Shown here one piece after another: positions 18,747 to 28,360 of a DNA stretch of 64,000 nucleotides. The notes below the pieces were generated by a model. The model was not told the DNA's origin and searched no databases. It saw only the letters and a list, made by a program, of their open reading frames with translations. The position numbers and the translations under genes were made by a program. Every line of letters starts with the position of its first letter. The first letter of the stretch is position 1. This DNA is from Dehalococcoidia bacterium (GTDB lineage: Bacteria > Chloroflexota > Dehalococcoidia > Tepidiformales > Tepidiformaceae): contig VXPF01000024.1 of NCBI GenBank assembly GCA_009839725.1, forward strand, positions 94,775 to 158,774, in the 5' to 3' direction.

Positions 18747-20222
18747 ATGGTCGGCTGGGTCATCCGCAGGCTTGATCCCCGCGCGAGCCTCGCCCGGCGA
18801 CGGCTCACCAGTTTCGTGCGCCCGGTCCAGGAATTCGTCCAGACCGAGAGCGCCAGCGCGGTGCTCCTCATCCTCGCCGCGGCCGCCGCCCTCATCTGGG
18901 CCAACTCCCCCTGGCAGCACCACTACGAAGAACTGCTTGAGACCCGGGTCGGCGTGGACCTAGCCTTCTGGGCGGTGGAAGGCTCCCTTCACTTCTGGGT
19001 GAACGAGCTGGGAATGGTCATCTTCTTCTTCCTCATCGGCCTCGAGGTCAAGCGGGAGATCACCATCGGCGAGCTCTCCGACCCGCGTGTCATGGCCGCT
19101 CCCGTCATTGGGGCTGTTGGGGGCATGCTTCTGCCTCTCGGCATCTTCCTGCTTGTCACACAGGGAGCGGGCGCCGAGGCCCGCGAGGGCTGGGCCATCC
19201 CCATGGCCACCGACGTCGCCTTCGCCCTCGGAATCGCTACCCTCTTCGCCACCCGCGTGCCCCTCGGGCTGCGCGCGATGCTCCTGACGTTCGTCATCGT
19301 CGACGACATCGGGACCGTCGTCGTCGTCGCCCTCTTCTACTCCGGTGACGTCCAGGTCGATCAGCTCCTGCTCACCGTCGGTCTCGTGGCGCTCATGCTC
19401 GTGGCCTACCGCCTTGGAGTGCGCAGCATGTTCGTCTTCGCGGGCATCGGTGTCGTTGCCTGGGCCGCCATCCACGACTCGGGCGTGCACCCCACGACCC
19501 TGGGCGCCGTCCTCGGCTTCCTGACCCCCTGGCGCCCGCCCGTCCCCCTCGACGGCTTTGTGCGCACGGCTCGCCAGCTCCTCGAGCGCTTCCGGGCCGG
19601 CGACGAGGAGCCGGAGACGCCCCTCGGCCACGACCAGATGGTCGATTCCCTGCTCAGCCTCAGCGACCTCAGCAGCAACGCCGTACCCCACGTCGACCGC
19701 CTCGAGCATCACTTGCACCCCTGGGTCGCCTACCTCGTGGTCCCCGCCTTCGCCCTCGCCAACGCCGGCGTCCACCTCGATCCAGGGGGCCTCACGGATG
19801 CGTTCACGAGCACGGTGACGTGGGGGATAATCGTCGGCCTCGTGGTGGGCAAGCCGGTGGGCCTGGTGGCGGCTACCGGGCTCGCTGTCCTCCTGGGCGC
19901 CCACCGCCCCGCCGGCGTGACCTGGCGCGGTGTCTGGGCCATTGGCTTCGTCGCCGGCATCGGCTTCACCGTCGCCCTCTTCGTCGGCGATCTCGCCTAC
20001 TCCGACCCCGACCTGCTCCGCTTCAGCAAGATCGGGATCATCGCCGCCTTCGCCATCACCGGCCCCCTGGCGTTCCTTGCCTTCCGCCTGCTGCCCAGGG
20101 TCGACAAGCCCGAGGCCGGGCCACCCGTGAGCGCCACTCCCGTCGATGAGGCTGCCGCCGCGCCCCAGGACCGCGCGCTCCCCGGGGAGCGCGCTTACGG
20201 TCGCGGGGACAGGGACTCCTAG
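18747..20222 (+). CDS. nhaA: Na+/H+ antiporter NhaA
   Basis: FVQTESASAVLLILAAAAALIWANSPW, LEVKREI and ATDVAFALG are canonical NhaA motifs. Confidence 0.9.
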   Translation: MVGWVIRRLDPRASLARRRLTSFVRPVQEFVQTESASAVLLILAAAAALIWANSPWQHHYEELLETRVGVDLAFWAVEGSLHFWVNELGMVIFFFLIGLEVKREITIGELSDPRVMAAPVIGAVGGMLLPLGIFLLVTQGAGAEAREGWAIPMATDVAFALGIATLFATRVPLGLRAMLLTFVIVDDIGTVVVVALFYSGDVQVDQLLLTVGLVALMLVAYRLGVRSMFVFAGIGVVAWAAIHDSGVHPTTLGAVLGFLTPWRPPVPLDGFVRTARQLLERFRAGDEEPETPLGHDQMVDSLLSLSDLSSNAVPHVDRLEHHLHPWVAYLVVPAFALANAGVHLDPGGLTDAFTSTVTWGIIVGLVVGKPVGLVAATGLAVLLGAHRPAGVTWRGVWAIGFVAGIGFTVALFVGDLAYSDPDLLRFSKIGIIAAFAITGPLAFLAFRLLPRVDKPEAGPPVSATPVDEAAAAPQDRALPGERAYGRGDRDS

Positions 20223-20274
20223 CGGGGGTGCAAAAGGAGTAGGCTGGAGGCGAATCGATAGCAGGAGGGGAGAT

Positions 20275-21069
20275 ATGCGGTTCCTTCGACGTGGAGAATC
20301 GGAATCGGCCAGCACGCAGGTCGCGGAAGATGCCTCCGAAACCTGTGAATGCGTCCTCCTCGTCCCTCACTGGGACTCGCCCGAGAACATGGGCATCGAG
20401 GAGAAGGCGAGCAGCTACCGCTGTAACACCTGTGGCGAGACCTTTACACGTGAGGAGGAGGAGGTCCTGCGCGGCACCGAGGCGGACCGCATCCGCCGCG
20501 GCCTGCAGGAGCGTCCCAACCTCCACGCCCGCTACCCCGTCAGCTGGAACCTTGCGGACGGGCGCGAGGTGGAACTTCACCGGTTGACCCGCTCGAACCG
20601 AGGTGCGTTCCTGCAGTTCGCCAGGGCGCTTCCCCACGACGACCTGCTCTTCCTCCGCGAGGATCTCTCCAGCAGCGCCGTCGTCGACGGGATGGTGAAA
20701 AATGTCGAGGACGGGATCGATTTCGCCCTCGTCGCCCAGCCGCGCAATAGCAATGAAGTCGTCGGCTACGCCTCCCTCCATGGCGAGCCCATGCGCTGGA
20801 CCCGCAATGTGGGCGAAGTCCGCGTGATCGTGGCCGGCGACTACCGGGGCAGCGGCCTCGGCGGTCGCATGGTCCGGGACGTCATCGACGCCGCCCCGAA
20901 CTTCGGCTCGCGCAAGATCACCGCCCAGATGACCGTTGACCAGGGCGGCGCGCGCGCCGCTTTCGAGCGCCTCGGGTTCGAGGAGGAGGCCACGCTGCAT
21001 GGCTGGGTCACGGACCGTCGCGGTCTTCCCCGTGACCTCCTCATCATGGCCCTCGACCTGACGGGCTAA
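20275..21069 (+). CDS. GNAT N-acetyltransferase (Pat-like) with an N-terminal CxC...CxxC zinc-ribbon-like segment
   Basis: GNAT core VAGDYRGSGLGGRMV...FERLGF. The N-terminus reads CECVLL...YRCNTCGE. Start is ATG 20275, after AGGAGGGG. Confidence 0.75.
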   Translation: MRFLRRGESESASTQVAEDASETCECVLLVPHWDSPENMGIEEKASSYRCNTCGETFTREEEEVLRGTEADRIRRGLQERPNLHARYPVSWNLADGREVELHRLTRSNRGAFLQFARALPHDDLLFLREDLSSSAVVDGMVKNVEDGIDFALVAQPRNSNEVVGYASLHGEPMRWTRNVGEVRVIVAGDYRGSGLGGRMVRDVIDAAPNFGSRKITAQMTVDQGGARAAFERLGFEEEATLHGWVTDRRGLPRDLLIMALDLTG

Positions 21070-21096
21070 GACCGGAGCGCTCCGACCGCACGCAAC

Positions 21097-21122
21097 AGCG
21101 GCCCGCCGATCGGCGGGCCGCT
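21097..21122. terminator. Hairpin terminator between convergent genes
   Basis: AGCGGCCCGCC-GATC-GGCGGGCCGCT gives perfect 11-nt arms followed by TTTC. Confidence 0.55.
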
Positions 21123-21134
21123 TTCACTGTCGGC

Positions 21135-22214
21135 TCAGCGAAGCGCCGGCATGACCTCCTCCTCGAAGAGGAGGACCGCGCAGTCCGCCTCTTCCGGCGC
21201 CGACGTCGCCAGCGGGCCCTGTGCCGGACCCGCGATCACGAAGCGCTCGATGCCCAGGTCGAGGAGCGCCCGGAGGCGCTCGATGCACTCCCGCGGAGGC
21301 CCGATGATCGTGAACCGGTCGATGAACTCACCCGGAACGACTTTCGACTGCGGCGACCCCTCCCGGAAGTGCCCCTGGAGTTCGTAGGCGCCGTGGATCC
21401 GCTCGTAGACCTCGCGGTCTTCCTCCGAGACGGGAGCCACCACGCTGCCGTACATCGCGGTAAATCGGGCCATGGACGTGGCCACGCCGCTCAGCATGCG
21501 GCGCCCGGCCTCCCGGTCGTCGGTTACGGCCACCGGTACCCAGGCGCTCAGGTTCAGGGGCCGCGTGACGCCCGCCGCCTCACGCGCCGACTGCGCCACC
21601 GCGAGTGCCCAGGCCACCCGTTCCGGGTCGGCCCCCACGGCCGTCGTGACGCCATCCGCATACCGCCCCGCGATGCCGAGCACCCTCGGCCCGGTGCCGA
21701 CCAGGTCCAGAGGAACCGGCGCGATGCCCTCCATGGACCGTCCGAATTTCGCCTCCGTCGCCGTCTGCTGGAGCCGGAGCCTGTCGACCGGCGGGAAGTG
21801 CCCGCCCCCGTCCAGGTCCAGGTCGAAGGGCTGCGGTACATCCTGCAGGTAGTTGCGCAGGCGCCGGACGTACGCCTCGAAGAACTTGACCGGCGCCGGT
21901 GCCATGCCCAGGTAGGCCAGGGCCGAGTCGCCCCGCCCCAGCCCCATCACGGCTCGCCCACCGGATACGGATTGGAGGGTCTTGATCGACCCCGCCGCGG
22001 CCGCCGGCGTGTGGGACGCGGGGGTCGCCACCCACGTTCCGACCTTCAGGCTCGTCGTCTGGGCTGCCGCCATCGACAGCGAGACGTAGGGATCGGGGGC
22101 CATCGTCGGCGCATAGGGAGTGCCGAACCCGTCCCAGCCCTGCTCTTCCGCCCGTGCCGCGGCCTTCGCGATGACCGGGGCGGGTCCCAGCCCTGTCGTC
22201 CAGAATTCCACCAT
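21135..22214 (-). CDS. LLM-class flavin/F420-dependent oxidoreductase
   Basis: Luciferase-like TIM-barrel pattern: AEEQGWDGFG, SLKVGTWV, GGRAVMGLGRGDS. Confidence 0.8.
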   Translation of the reverse strand: MVEFWTTGLGPAPVIAKAAARAEEQGWDGFGTPYAPTMAPDPYVSLSMAAAQTTSLKVGTWVATPASHTPAAAAGSIKTLQSVSGGRAVMGLGRGDSALAYLGMAPAPVKFFEAYVRRLRNYLQDVPQPFDLDLDGGGHFPPVDRLRLQQTATEAKFGRSMEGIAPVPLDLVGTGPRVLGIAGRYADGVTTAVGADPERVAWALAVAQSAREAAGVTRPLNLSAWVPVAVTDDREAGRRMLSGVATSMARFTAMYGSVVAPVSEEDREVYERIHGAYELQGHFREGSPQSKVVPGEFIDRFTIIGPPRECIERLRALLDLGIERFVIAGPAQGPLATSAPEEADCAVLLFEEEVMPALR

Positions 22215-22227
22215 CGACTCGCGCCTC

Positions 22228-22677
22228 CTACAGGTCCGTGCTGCCGACGTACTCCCGGCGGGGCCAGAGGAAGTCGATGCGCGTGCGGTGGATCTTCCAG
22301 CCGTCCCCGGTCTTCTTGTAGGTCTCGTCGTAGATGCCGGCGAGCATCAGCGGGTTCTCCTCACCTACCGTCGAGCGAATGTTGATCAGGTACCAGCGGC
22401 CCCTCGCCGTCGTCTCGTCGACGAGCCGGATCCAGGGGTTCATCACGTTGTGGAGGATGCCGTAGTCGGTGCGTCCCCCCGCGGCCGCGGCCGAGTACTC
22501 GCGGTGGATCTCCTCCTTGCCGGTCCACTTGCCGTAGCTCTCTCCGAAGTCGCACACCGCGTCCTCGGTAAACAGGTCGACCAGCTCGTCGGTCCGGTTC
22601 CCGTCGTAGTAGTGCGCGTACAGGTAGCGGAGGTTCTTGATCTCCTCGATCTCGCAGAGTTCCTGGGGCGTGACCAC
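22228..22677 (-). CDS. NTF2-like (SnoaL-like) protein, paralogue 1
   Basis: IEEIKNLRYLYAHYYDG...LFTEDAV is a SnoaL_4-type N-terminus. About 150 aa. Confidence 0.7.
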   Translation of the reverse strand: MVTPQELCEIEEIKNLRYLYAHYYDGNRTDELVDLFTEDAVCDFGESYGKWTGKEEIHREYSAAAAGGRTDYGILHNVMNPWIRLVDETTARGRWYLINIRSTVGEENPLMLAGIYDETYKKTGDGWKIHRTRIDFLWPRREYVGSTDL

Positions 22678-22687
22678 GGCCGGCCGC

Positions 22688-23143
22688 CTACAGGTTCGAG
22701 CTCGGCTGGTACTCCCGCCGAGGCCAGAGGAAGTCGATCCGCGTGCGCTGGATCTTCCAGCCGTCGTCGGTCTTCTTGTAGGTCTCGTCGTAGATGCCGA
22801 ACAGGATGAGGGGGTTCTCCACGCCCTCGCTCGTGCGCAGGTCGAGCAGGTACCAGCGCCCGTGGGCGGTGGTCTCGTCGGCCAGCCGGATCCAGGGGTT
22901 CACGACGGCATGCATCACGCCGTGGGGGTCGTCACCCTCGCCCTCGATGAAGTTCTTGTAGTTGTTGTAGATCTGCTCCCGGCCGACCCAGTTGCCGCCG
23001 TACTCCTCGCCGAATTCGCACACCGCGTCCTCGGTGAAGAGGTCCGCAAGCTCCTCTACCCGCTGGCCGTCGTAGTAGTGCGTGTAGAGGTAGCGAACCT
23101 CCTTGATCTCCTCGATTTCGCACAGCTCTTCAGGGGTAACCAT
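22688..23143 (-). CDS. NTF2-like (SnoaL-like) protein, paralogue 2
   Basis: Collinear with 22228-22677. Start moved to ATG 23143, after AAGGAGGA. Confidence 0.7.
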   Translation of the reverse strand: MVTPEELCEIEEIKEVRYLYTHYYDGQRVEELADLFTEDAVCEFGEEYGGNWVGREQIYNNYKNFIEGEGDDPHGVMHAVVNPWIRLADETTAHGRWYLLDLRTSEGVENPLILFGIYDETYKKTDDGWKIQRTRIDFLWPRREYQPSSNL

Positions 23144-23154
23144 GGTGTTCCTCC

Positions 23155-23592
23155 TTAGTTTGGCGGACCCCACGAGGTCCATTCGTCGATCGGTTTGTCC
23201 GGCGTGATCACCAGCAGGACGCGCCGGTCCCGCTTCAGCTCCGCCAGGAAGGCCTCGTCGTCCTGCTCGCGACCGTACTTGGCGCGCAGCGCCTTGAACT
23301 GCTCGAAGACCGCCTCGTGGTCGTCGCGCAGCTCGACCGTCCCGTCCACGAGCACCGTGCGGAACCCGGTTGCGTCGTCGATAGCGAGTTGGACCCGCGG
23401 GTCGCGGCGGAAGTTCTCGTACTTGCGGCGCGCCTTCGTCGTCGAGACGTAGAACTTCGACCCGTCCCAGTGGAACCAGTTTGGCGTCATCTGCGGGCGG
23501 CCGTCCCGGCGGATGGCGCCCACCATGGCGTTCCGCGGCTCCGCCAGGAACGCCTCGATCGCCTCGCGGGACATGCCGCGAGGCGAGGTCAT
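23155..23592 (-). CDS. Pyridoxamine 5'-phosphate oxidase family / F420-dependent FDOR-like protein
   Basis: AMVGAIRRDGRPQMTPNWFHWDGSKFYVSTTKARRKYENFRRDPRV fits the PPOX-class probable F420-dependent enzyme pattern. Confidence 0.75.
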   Translation of the reverse strand: MTSPRGMSREAIEAFLAEPRNAMVGAIRRDGRPQMTPNWFHWDGSKFYVSTTKARRKYENFRRDPRVQLAIDDATGFRTVLVDGTVELRDDHEAVFEQFKALRAKYGREQDDEAFLAELKRDRRVLLVITPDKPIDEWTSWGPPN

Positions 23593-23617
23593 GCGCGACC
23601 CTCCGAGGGACTCGTGG

Positions 23618-24004
23618 TCACCGGGCGCTCGCCTTGGGCCCGTCCCAGTACTTGATCAGCTCGTACCAGCCGGACCCGTTGACGGCGATGGGGATGCCGC
23701 CGAGCTTCTCACCCGTCTCGCGGTGGATCTTGCGGCCCTCCCAGGCATCGGGATCCCGCTGCCACGCGTTGAGGGTGTTCTCCGCCTCGTCGTAGCTGTC
23801 CGCCTCCACCTCGTAGAGGGAGAGGTAGCCCGAGACGGTCTCGCCGCCCCCGTGGGGACCGCTCAGCTTGAACACGCTGCCCCGGATGAAGTTCGGGCAC
23901 TTGGCCGTGTCCTCGATGTGTTGGTCGACGAACCACTCGTCGAACGCTTCCTGGGCGTCTGGGCCGGTGGGTTCACAGAGCCCGATGAGCACGAATTTCG
24001 GCAT
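23618..24004 (-). CDS. Hypothetical protein (possibly EthD/Dabb-like alpha+beta barrel)
   Basis: The size and the MPKFVLIGL beta-start suggest a ferredoxin-like fold. This is weak and no motif was verified. Confidence 0.5.
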   Translation of the reverse strand: MPKFVLIGLCEPTGPDAQEAFDEWFVDQHIEDTAKCPNFIRGSVFKLSGPHGGGETVSGYLSLYEVEADSYDEAENTLNAWQRDPDAWEGRKIHRETGEKLGGIPIAVNGSGWYELIKYWDGPKASAR

Positions 24005-24035
24005 GACTGGTTCCTCCTGCCTGTTGTGGTGATGC

Positions 24036-25772
24036 CTAGCCTGCGCCGTGGCGGATGAGGCGGCCCGGCGTGGCGCCGGTCGTTTCCCCGTCCTCCACGG
24101 TCACTTCTCCGTTCACGAGAATCCAGCGGTAGCCCTCGGGGCGGCGCACCCGCCGCCACTGGCCGGCGGGAAGGTCGTAGACCTTCTCCATCGGCCCGAT
24201 GCCCAGGTTCTCCAGGTCGTAGATGACGATGTCCGCGGGCGAGCCTTCCTTGATCCAGCCCCGATCCTTGAAGCCCGCCGCCATCGCCGGGTAGGCGCTC
24301 AAGCGCCAGTGCGCCTGCTCCAGGTCCATGATCCCGTGGTCGCGCACGAGCTCGGAGAGCATCTCCGTGGGATACACACCCATCGCCAGGAACTTTGTGT
24401 GCGCCCCGCCGTCGGAGACGCCCGGAAGGGCGAAGGGCGAGTTCGCGACCTCGCTCATCGACTGCACGTCCGTCTCCTCCGGCGGCGTCACCCACGTCGT
24501 CTGCAGGTTGTCCGCCACGCCTAGGTCGAGGAACGCGTCGATCACGTGCTTGCCGCTCTGGTCCGCGATCTCCTGCACCGTCAGCCCTTCCAGGTGCTTC
24601 AGCGAGGGGTCCTCGACCTCCTGCACGGTCAGTACCGCCAGCCCCCGGCCCACGTGGCCCGCGATTTCCGCCTCCTCGTCCCGTCCCGGAGCGCTCGGGC
24701 CCTTGCCCTCGTCGTGCTCCGCGCGCAGAGCGGGGCGCCGCTCGGGATCCGCCATCTTCGCCTTCCGCTCCTCCACCGTGCCCAGCGTCATCTCCCGCCA
24801 CAGCTCGTGCGTGTCGAACATGTTCCAGTGCTCAAGCGTGAACTCGTAGCCGATCTTCACCGTCACCGCCTGCCCGTAGATGCGGTTCCCGCGCGCGTTC
24901 GCTTCGTTCAGCCAGGCGATGGTCTTGTGGTGCCCCTCCATCTTGTTCCCGTGCTGGTCCTGGGGCATGGCGAGGATGAGGTTGTAAATGACGGGCCGTC
25001 CGCTCACCGCCGCAAGCTGCTCGTTCAGCTCCATGCCGCCGCCCGTGAGCTGGATGAACCCCGCCCGACACTTCGCCAGAACCTCCGCGAAGGCGACCAG
25101 CGTCTCGGGCGCCATCGTGTCGGTAATCATCGGCGTGCCGTCGTAGTCTCGCTGGCCGCTCCCCGGTCCCAGCACCTGCGCTGAGAAGCCGCACCCGCCC
25201 GCCTTGATCGCCTCCTCCAGGATGCGTGACATCTCCGCCATCTCGGCATCGGTGGGCAGGCGGCTCTTCGCCGCCTCCAGCCCCATCACGTACATCATCA
25301 GCGGGCTCAGGCCCACGTAGCTCAGGACGTTCACGCCCTTCGGCGTGCGCTCCATGCTGTCGAGGAACTCGGGATAGGTCTCCCAGTCCCAGGGCATGCC
25401 TTCCTGCATCGACTCCAGCGGCACCGCCTCGTTCCGGGCCAGCGAGAGCATCGCTCGCTCGCGGTCGTCCGGCTTCACCGGCGCGAATCCGAACCCGCAG
25501 TTCCCGATCACCACCGACGTGACCCCGTGCCAGCCCGAGATCGAGCAGTAGGGATCCCAGTAGATCTGCCCGTCGTAGTGCGTGTGCAGGTCCACGAACC
25601 CCGGCGCGACGATCAGGCCAGCGGCGTCTAGCACCCGCTCGCCGTCCGAGCCGTTGAGCCGCCCGATGTAGGCGATGCGCCCGTCGGAGACGCCAATGTC
25701 CGCTACATAACGGGGCGTTCGCAGCCCGTCGATGATCGTGCCGTTCTTGATGACCAGGTCGAACTCAGCCAT
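24036..25772 (-). CDS. Amidohydrolase, D-aminoacylase family, paralogue 2
   Basis: VIKNGTIIDG...GFVDLHTHYD...GVTSVVIGNCG. Collinear with 10962-12662. Start moved to ATG 25772. Confidence 0.85.
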   Translation of the reverse strand: MAEFDLVIKNGTIIDGLRTPRYVADIGVSDGRIAYIGRLNGSDGERVLDAAGLIVAPGFVDLHTHYDGQIYWDPYCSISGWHGVTSVVIGNCGFGFAPVKPDDRERAMLSLARNEAVPLESMQEGMPWDWETYPEFLDSMERTPKGVNVLSYVGLSPLMMYVMGLEAAKSRLPTDAEMAEMSRILEEAIKAGGCGFSAQVLGPGSGQRDYDGTPMITDTMAPETLVAFAEVLAKCRAGFIQLTGGGMELNEQLAAVSGRPVIYNLILAMPQDQHGNKMEGHHKTIAWLNEANARGNRIYGQAVTVKIGYEFTLEHWNMFDTHELWREMTLGTVEERKAKMADPERRPALRAEHDEGKGPSAPGRDEEAEIAGHVGRGLAVLTVQEVEDPSLKHLEGLTVQEIADQSGKHVIDAFLDLGVADNLQTTWVTPPEETDVQSMSEVANSPFALPGVSDGGAHTKFLAMGVYPTEMLSELVRDHGIMDLEQAHWRLSAYPAMAAGFKDRGWIKEGSPADIVIYDLENLGIGPMEKVYDLPAGQWRRVRRPEGYRWILVNGEVTVEDGETTGATPGRLIRHGAG

Positions 25773-25878
25773 GAAGCACTCCGGCGGCTCGGCAGGCCCT
25801 GCCCGATGCCCGGGCGCGCCCGCCAGAACACGCCGCAATACTACGGACTGCGACCGCGCCCGTGTGGCCCGGCTGCGA

Positions 25879-26934
25879 CTACAGGCGCGGCATCACTTCT
25901 GAGGCGAACCAGGTCTTGTAGTCCGCTCCCGCCAGGGCCGGCGGAACCGACCGCGGGATCGGCGCGCCCGGAACCGGCATCGGGACCGGGTGGGGCACGA
26001 CGATGTCGACGCGCCCCACCGCCTCAATGGCCGCTCGCAACTGTCTCGCGATGTCGTCCGCCGACCCGAACAGCGCGAACGAGTCAGCCGTCTCGTCGTC
26101 CAGGAAGCTCACCAGGTTTCCCGACTCGACGAGGTCGGGGGCGTGGTGGAAGTCGGGGTAGACCTGCTTCCTCAGCTCCTCCACGTCTGGCCCGTCCCAG
26201 GGCAGTCCCGGAATCTCGAAGAGCGCGGGCGAGTACTCGTAGTACCCGGCCGCCATCGACCGTGCGGTCGCCCGAATCTCAGCGGAGTCGTCGCTCATGA
26301 CGGTGTGAAAGATGAGCCCGATGCCGATCTCGTCCGGATCCCGCCCGGCCGCCCGCGCCCCCGCGTGCACCCGCTCGATCGCCGTGCGCAGGTTCTCCGG
26401 GTGCCGGCCCACGCGGAGGAAGACCCCGTCCGCCGCCCGCCCCGCCATCTCGATCGTTTTCGGGCCGCCGGCTGCGATCCACACTGGCACGGGCCTCGCG
26501 TGCACGAGCTGCGCGGGCCGCACCGCCCCCACGTCGACTTCCTCCCCCGCGAGCAGCCGTCGCGCGAGCACGGTCGCCTCCTCCAGCTCCCCCATCCGCG
26601 CGGGACGCAGCCCCAGCCACCGCACCGCCGTATCCCCGACGCCGTAGGTCAGCAGCGCCCGCCCGCCCGACATGATGTCGAGCGTCGCGATCGAGCTGGC
26701 CGAGGCGGCCGGGTGGTGCAGCACCGGGTTATCGAGCAGCAGCCCCAGCCCGATGCGCGATGTGCGCCCCGCTGCGATGGCCAGCTCCATGTACGGGTCG
26801 CGGCGCGACAGGGGGTTCCAGGGGATGAGTGCGTAGCCCCAGCCCAGCTCCTCCGCTCGCTGGACGTCCGCCACGAACCCCTCGGTCGAGGTCCAGTCGA
26901 AGCGGTTCAGCCCGAATTCAGGCGGTCTGTCCAT
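25879..26934 (-). CDS. LLM-class flavin/F420-dependent oxidoreductase
   Basis: AEELGWGYALI, RIGLGLL and GGRALLTYGVGD follow the luciferase-like pattern. Confidence 0.8.
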   Translation of the reverse strand: MDRPPEFGLNRFDWTSTEGFVADVQRAEELGWGYALIPWNPLSRRDPYMELAIAAGRTSRIGLGLLLDNPVLHHPAASASSIATLDIMSGGRALLTYGVGDTAVRWLGLRPARMGELEEATVLARRLLAGEEVDVGAVRPAQLVHARPVPVWIAAGGPKTIEMAGRAADGVFLRVGRHPENLRTAIERVHAGARAAGRDPDEIGIGLIFHTVMSDDSAEIRATARSMAAGYYEYSPALFEIPGLPWDGPDVEELRKQVYPDFHHAPDLVESGNLVSFLDDETADSFALFGSADDIARQLRAAIEAVGRVDIVVPHPVPMPVPGAPIPRSVPPALAGADYKTWFASEVMPRL

Positions 26935-26943
26935 TACCGCCGG

Positions 26944-27396
26944 TCAGCTTGCCTTCCTCGCGAGGGGGCTCTCCTTCGGGTCGCGCAGTTCGAGCACCTC
27001 GAAGAGGTTGGCCGCCTCCGAGATGCCCACGATGTAGACCATCCGCTCCCTCACCGCGCCCTCGGCGTGAATGGCCCCCGCCGGGATCACCAGCTTGTCC
27101 CCCGGGCCGAGGGGGAAGCGCTCGCCCTGCTCGTTCAGCACGTAGCTGCTCCCCTCCAGCACGTACCCGCAGTTGTCTACGTCGTGCCAGTGGAGGGGCA
27201 GCTCCTCCATCCGCTCCGAGACGTAGGTCGTGGGCCAGAGGTCGAGGCGCTTGATGTCCTCAAGCACCTCCTCCTTGGTCGTGAAGGCGTTGTGGATGAC
27301 CTGCATCGGTCCGGGTTCCAGCGGCACGGCCCGCTCCTCGGTCGCCAGTCGGGCGATACCGCGCGAGTGTCGCACGGAGCCGGCGGCCTCCGCCAT
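26944..27396 (-). CDS. Cupin domain protein
   Basis: HWHDVDNCGYVLEG...PGDKLVIPAGAIHAEG contains both cupin motifs. The start is uncertain, with an alternative ATG at 27306. Confidence 0.65.
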   Translation of the reverse strand: MAEAAGSVRHSRGIARLATEERAVPLEPGPMQVIHNAFTTKEEVLEDIKRLDLWPTTYVSERMEELPLHWHDVDNCGYVLEGSSYVLNEQGERFPLGPGDKLVIPAGAIHAEGAVRERMVYIVGISEAANLFEVLELRDPKESPLARKAS

Positions 27397-27412
27397 CCGG
27401 GGGAAGGAGGCG

Positions 27413-28360
27413 CTAAGAGGACCCAGCCTCCAACCCCTCGTACCGCACCCCCGTCAGCTCCTCCGACATCTCCCAGAGCCGTGCCCCGTCCGCCTCGTCG
27501 TGCGCCTCGGCTGACGCCTCGACCAGCACGGGGTGCCCCGTCGTCTCGTTGAGCCGTGCGGGACCGAAGTACTGGCCGCCCGTGGCATCCGGGTCGGTGG
27601 CCGCCCGCAGCGTGGGCAGGGCGCCCATGTCCGCCCCCTGGATCAGTCGGTTGAAGAGAGCCAGGCCAATCCGCATGTGCAATCGTTCCGCCATGTGGCC
27701 GGTGAGGTTCGAGGCGGAGAAGCCCGGATGCGCCGCCAGCGCGTGCGCGTCGATCCCAGTTCGCTCGAAGCGGCGCTGGAGCTCGAATGTGAACAGCATG
27801 TTCAGCAGCTTCGAGCGGCCGTAGGCCGGCCACTCTCCGTAGCCACCCTTCTCGTAGAGCAGGTTGTCGAGGTCCAGCTCGGCTCGCTTGTGCGCCAGGC
27901 TGCTCACGTTCACGACTCGCGCCCCCCGGGTCGCCAGCAGCACGTCGAGCAGCCTGCCCGTCAGGGCGAAGTGCCCAAGGTGGTTCGTCCCCACCTGCCG
28001 CTCGAACCCGTCCTCCGTCTTCCCGTACGGGATGACCATGATCCCGGCGTTGTTCGCCAGGATGTCCAGGCGCGAGTGCTGCTCCCGAAACTCCCCCGCG
28101 AACCGCTCGACCGAGGCGAGGCTGGCGAGGTCGAGCGCCATCAGCTCGGCCCTGGCGTCGGGAACTTCCGCCTTCAGTGCGTCGAGCGCGGCCTGCCCCC
28201 GTTCGGGCGAGCGGCAGGCGAGCACCGTCTCCGCGCCCTTTCGCGCAAGCGCCTTCACGGCCCCGAACCCGATGCCGCTGTTGCCGCCCGTCACCACCGC
28301 GACCTTCCCGGTCAGGTCGGGAATGTCGGCGGCGGTCCACTTGTCACGATTGGGCATCAC
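27413..28360 (-). CDS. Short-chain dehydrogenase/reductase (classical SDR), paralogue 1
   Basis: VTGGNSGIG cofactor motif, NNAG, and YGRSK catalytic Tyr/Lys. ATGA overlap with the upstream SDR. Confidence 0.85.
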   Translation of the reverse strand: MMPNRDKWTAADIPDLTGKVAVVTGGNSGIGFGAVKALARKGAETVLACRSPERGQAALDALKAEVPDARAELMALDLASLASVERFAGEFREQHSRLDILANNAGIMVIPYGKTEDGFERQVGTNHLGHFALTGRLLDVLLATRGARVVNVSSLAHKRAELDLDNLLYEKGGYGEWPAYGRSKLLNMLFTFELQRRFERTGIDAHALAAHPGFSASNLTGHMAERLHMRIGLALFNRLIQGADMGALPTLRAATDPDATGGQYFGPARLNETTGHPVLVEASAEAHDEADGARLWEMSEELTGVRYEGLEAGSS

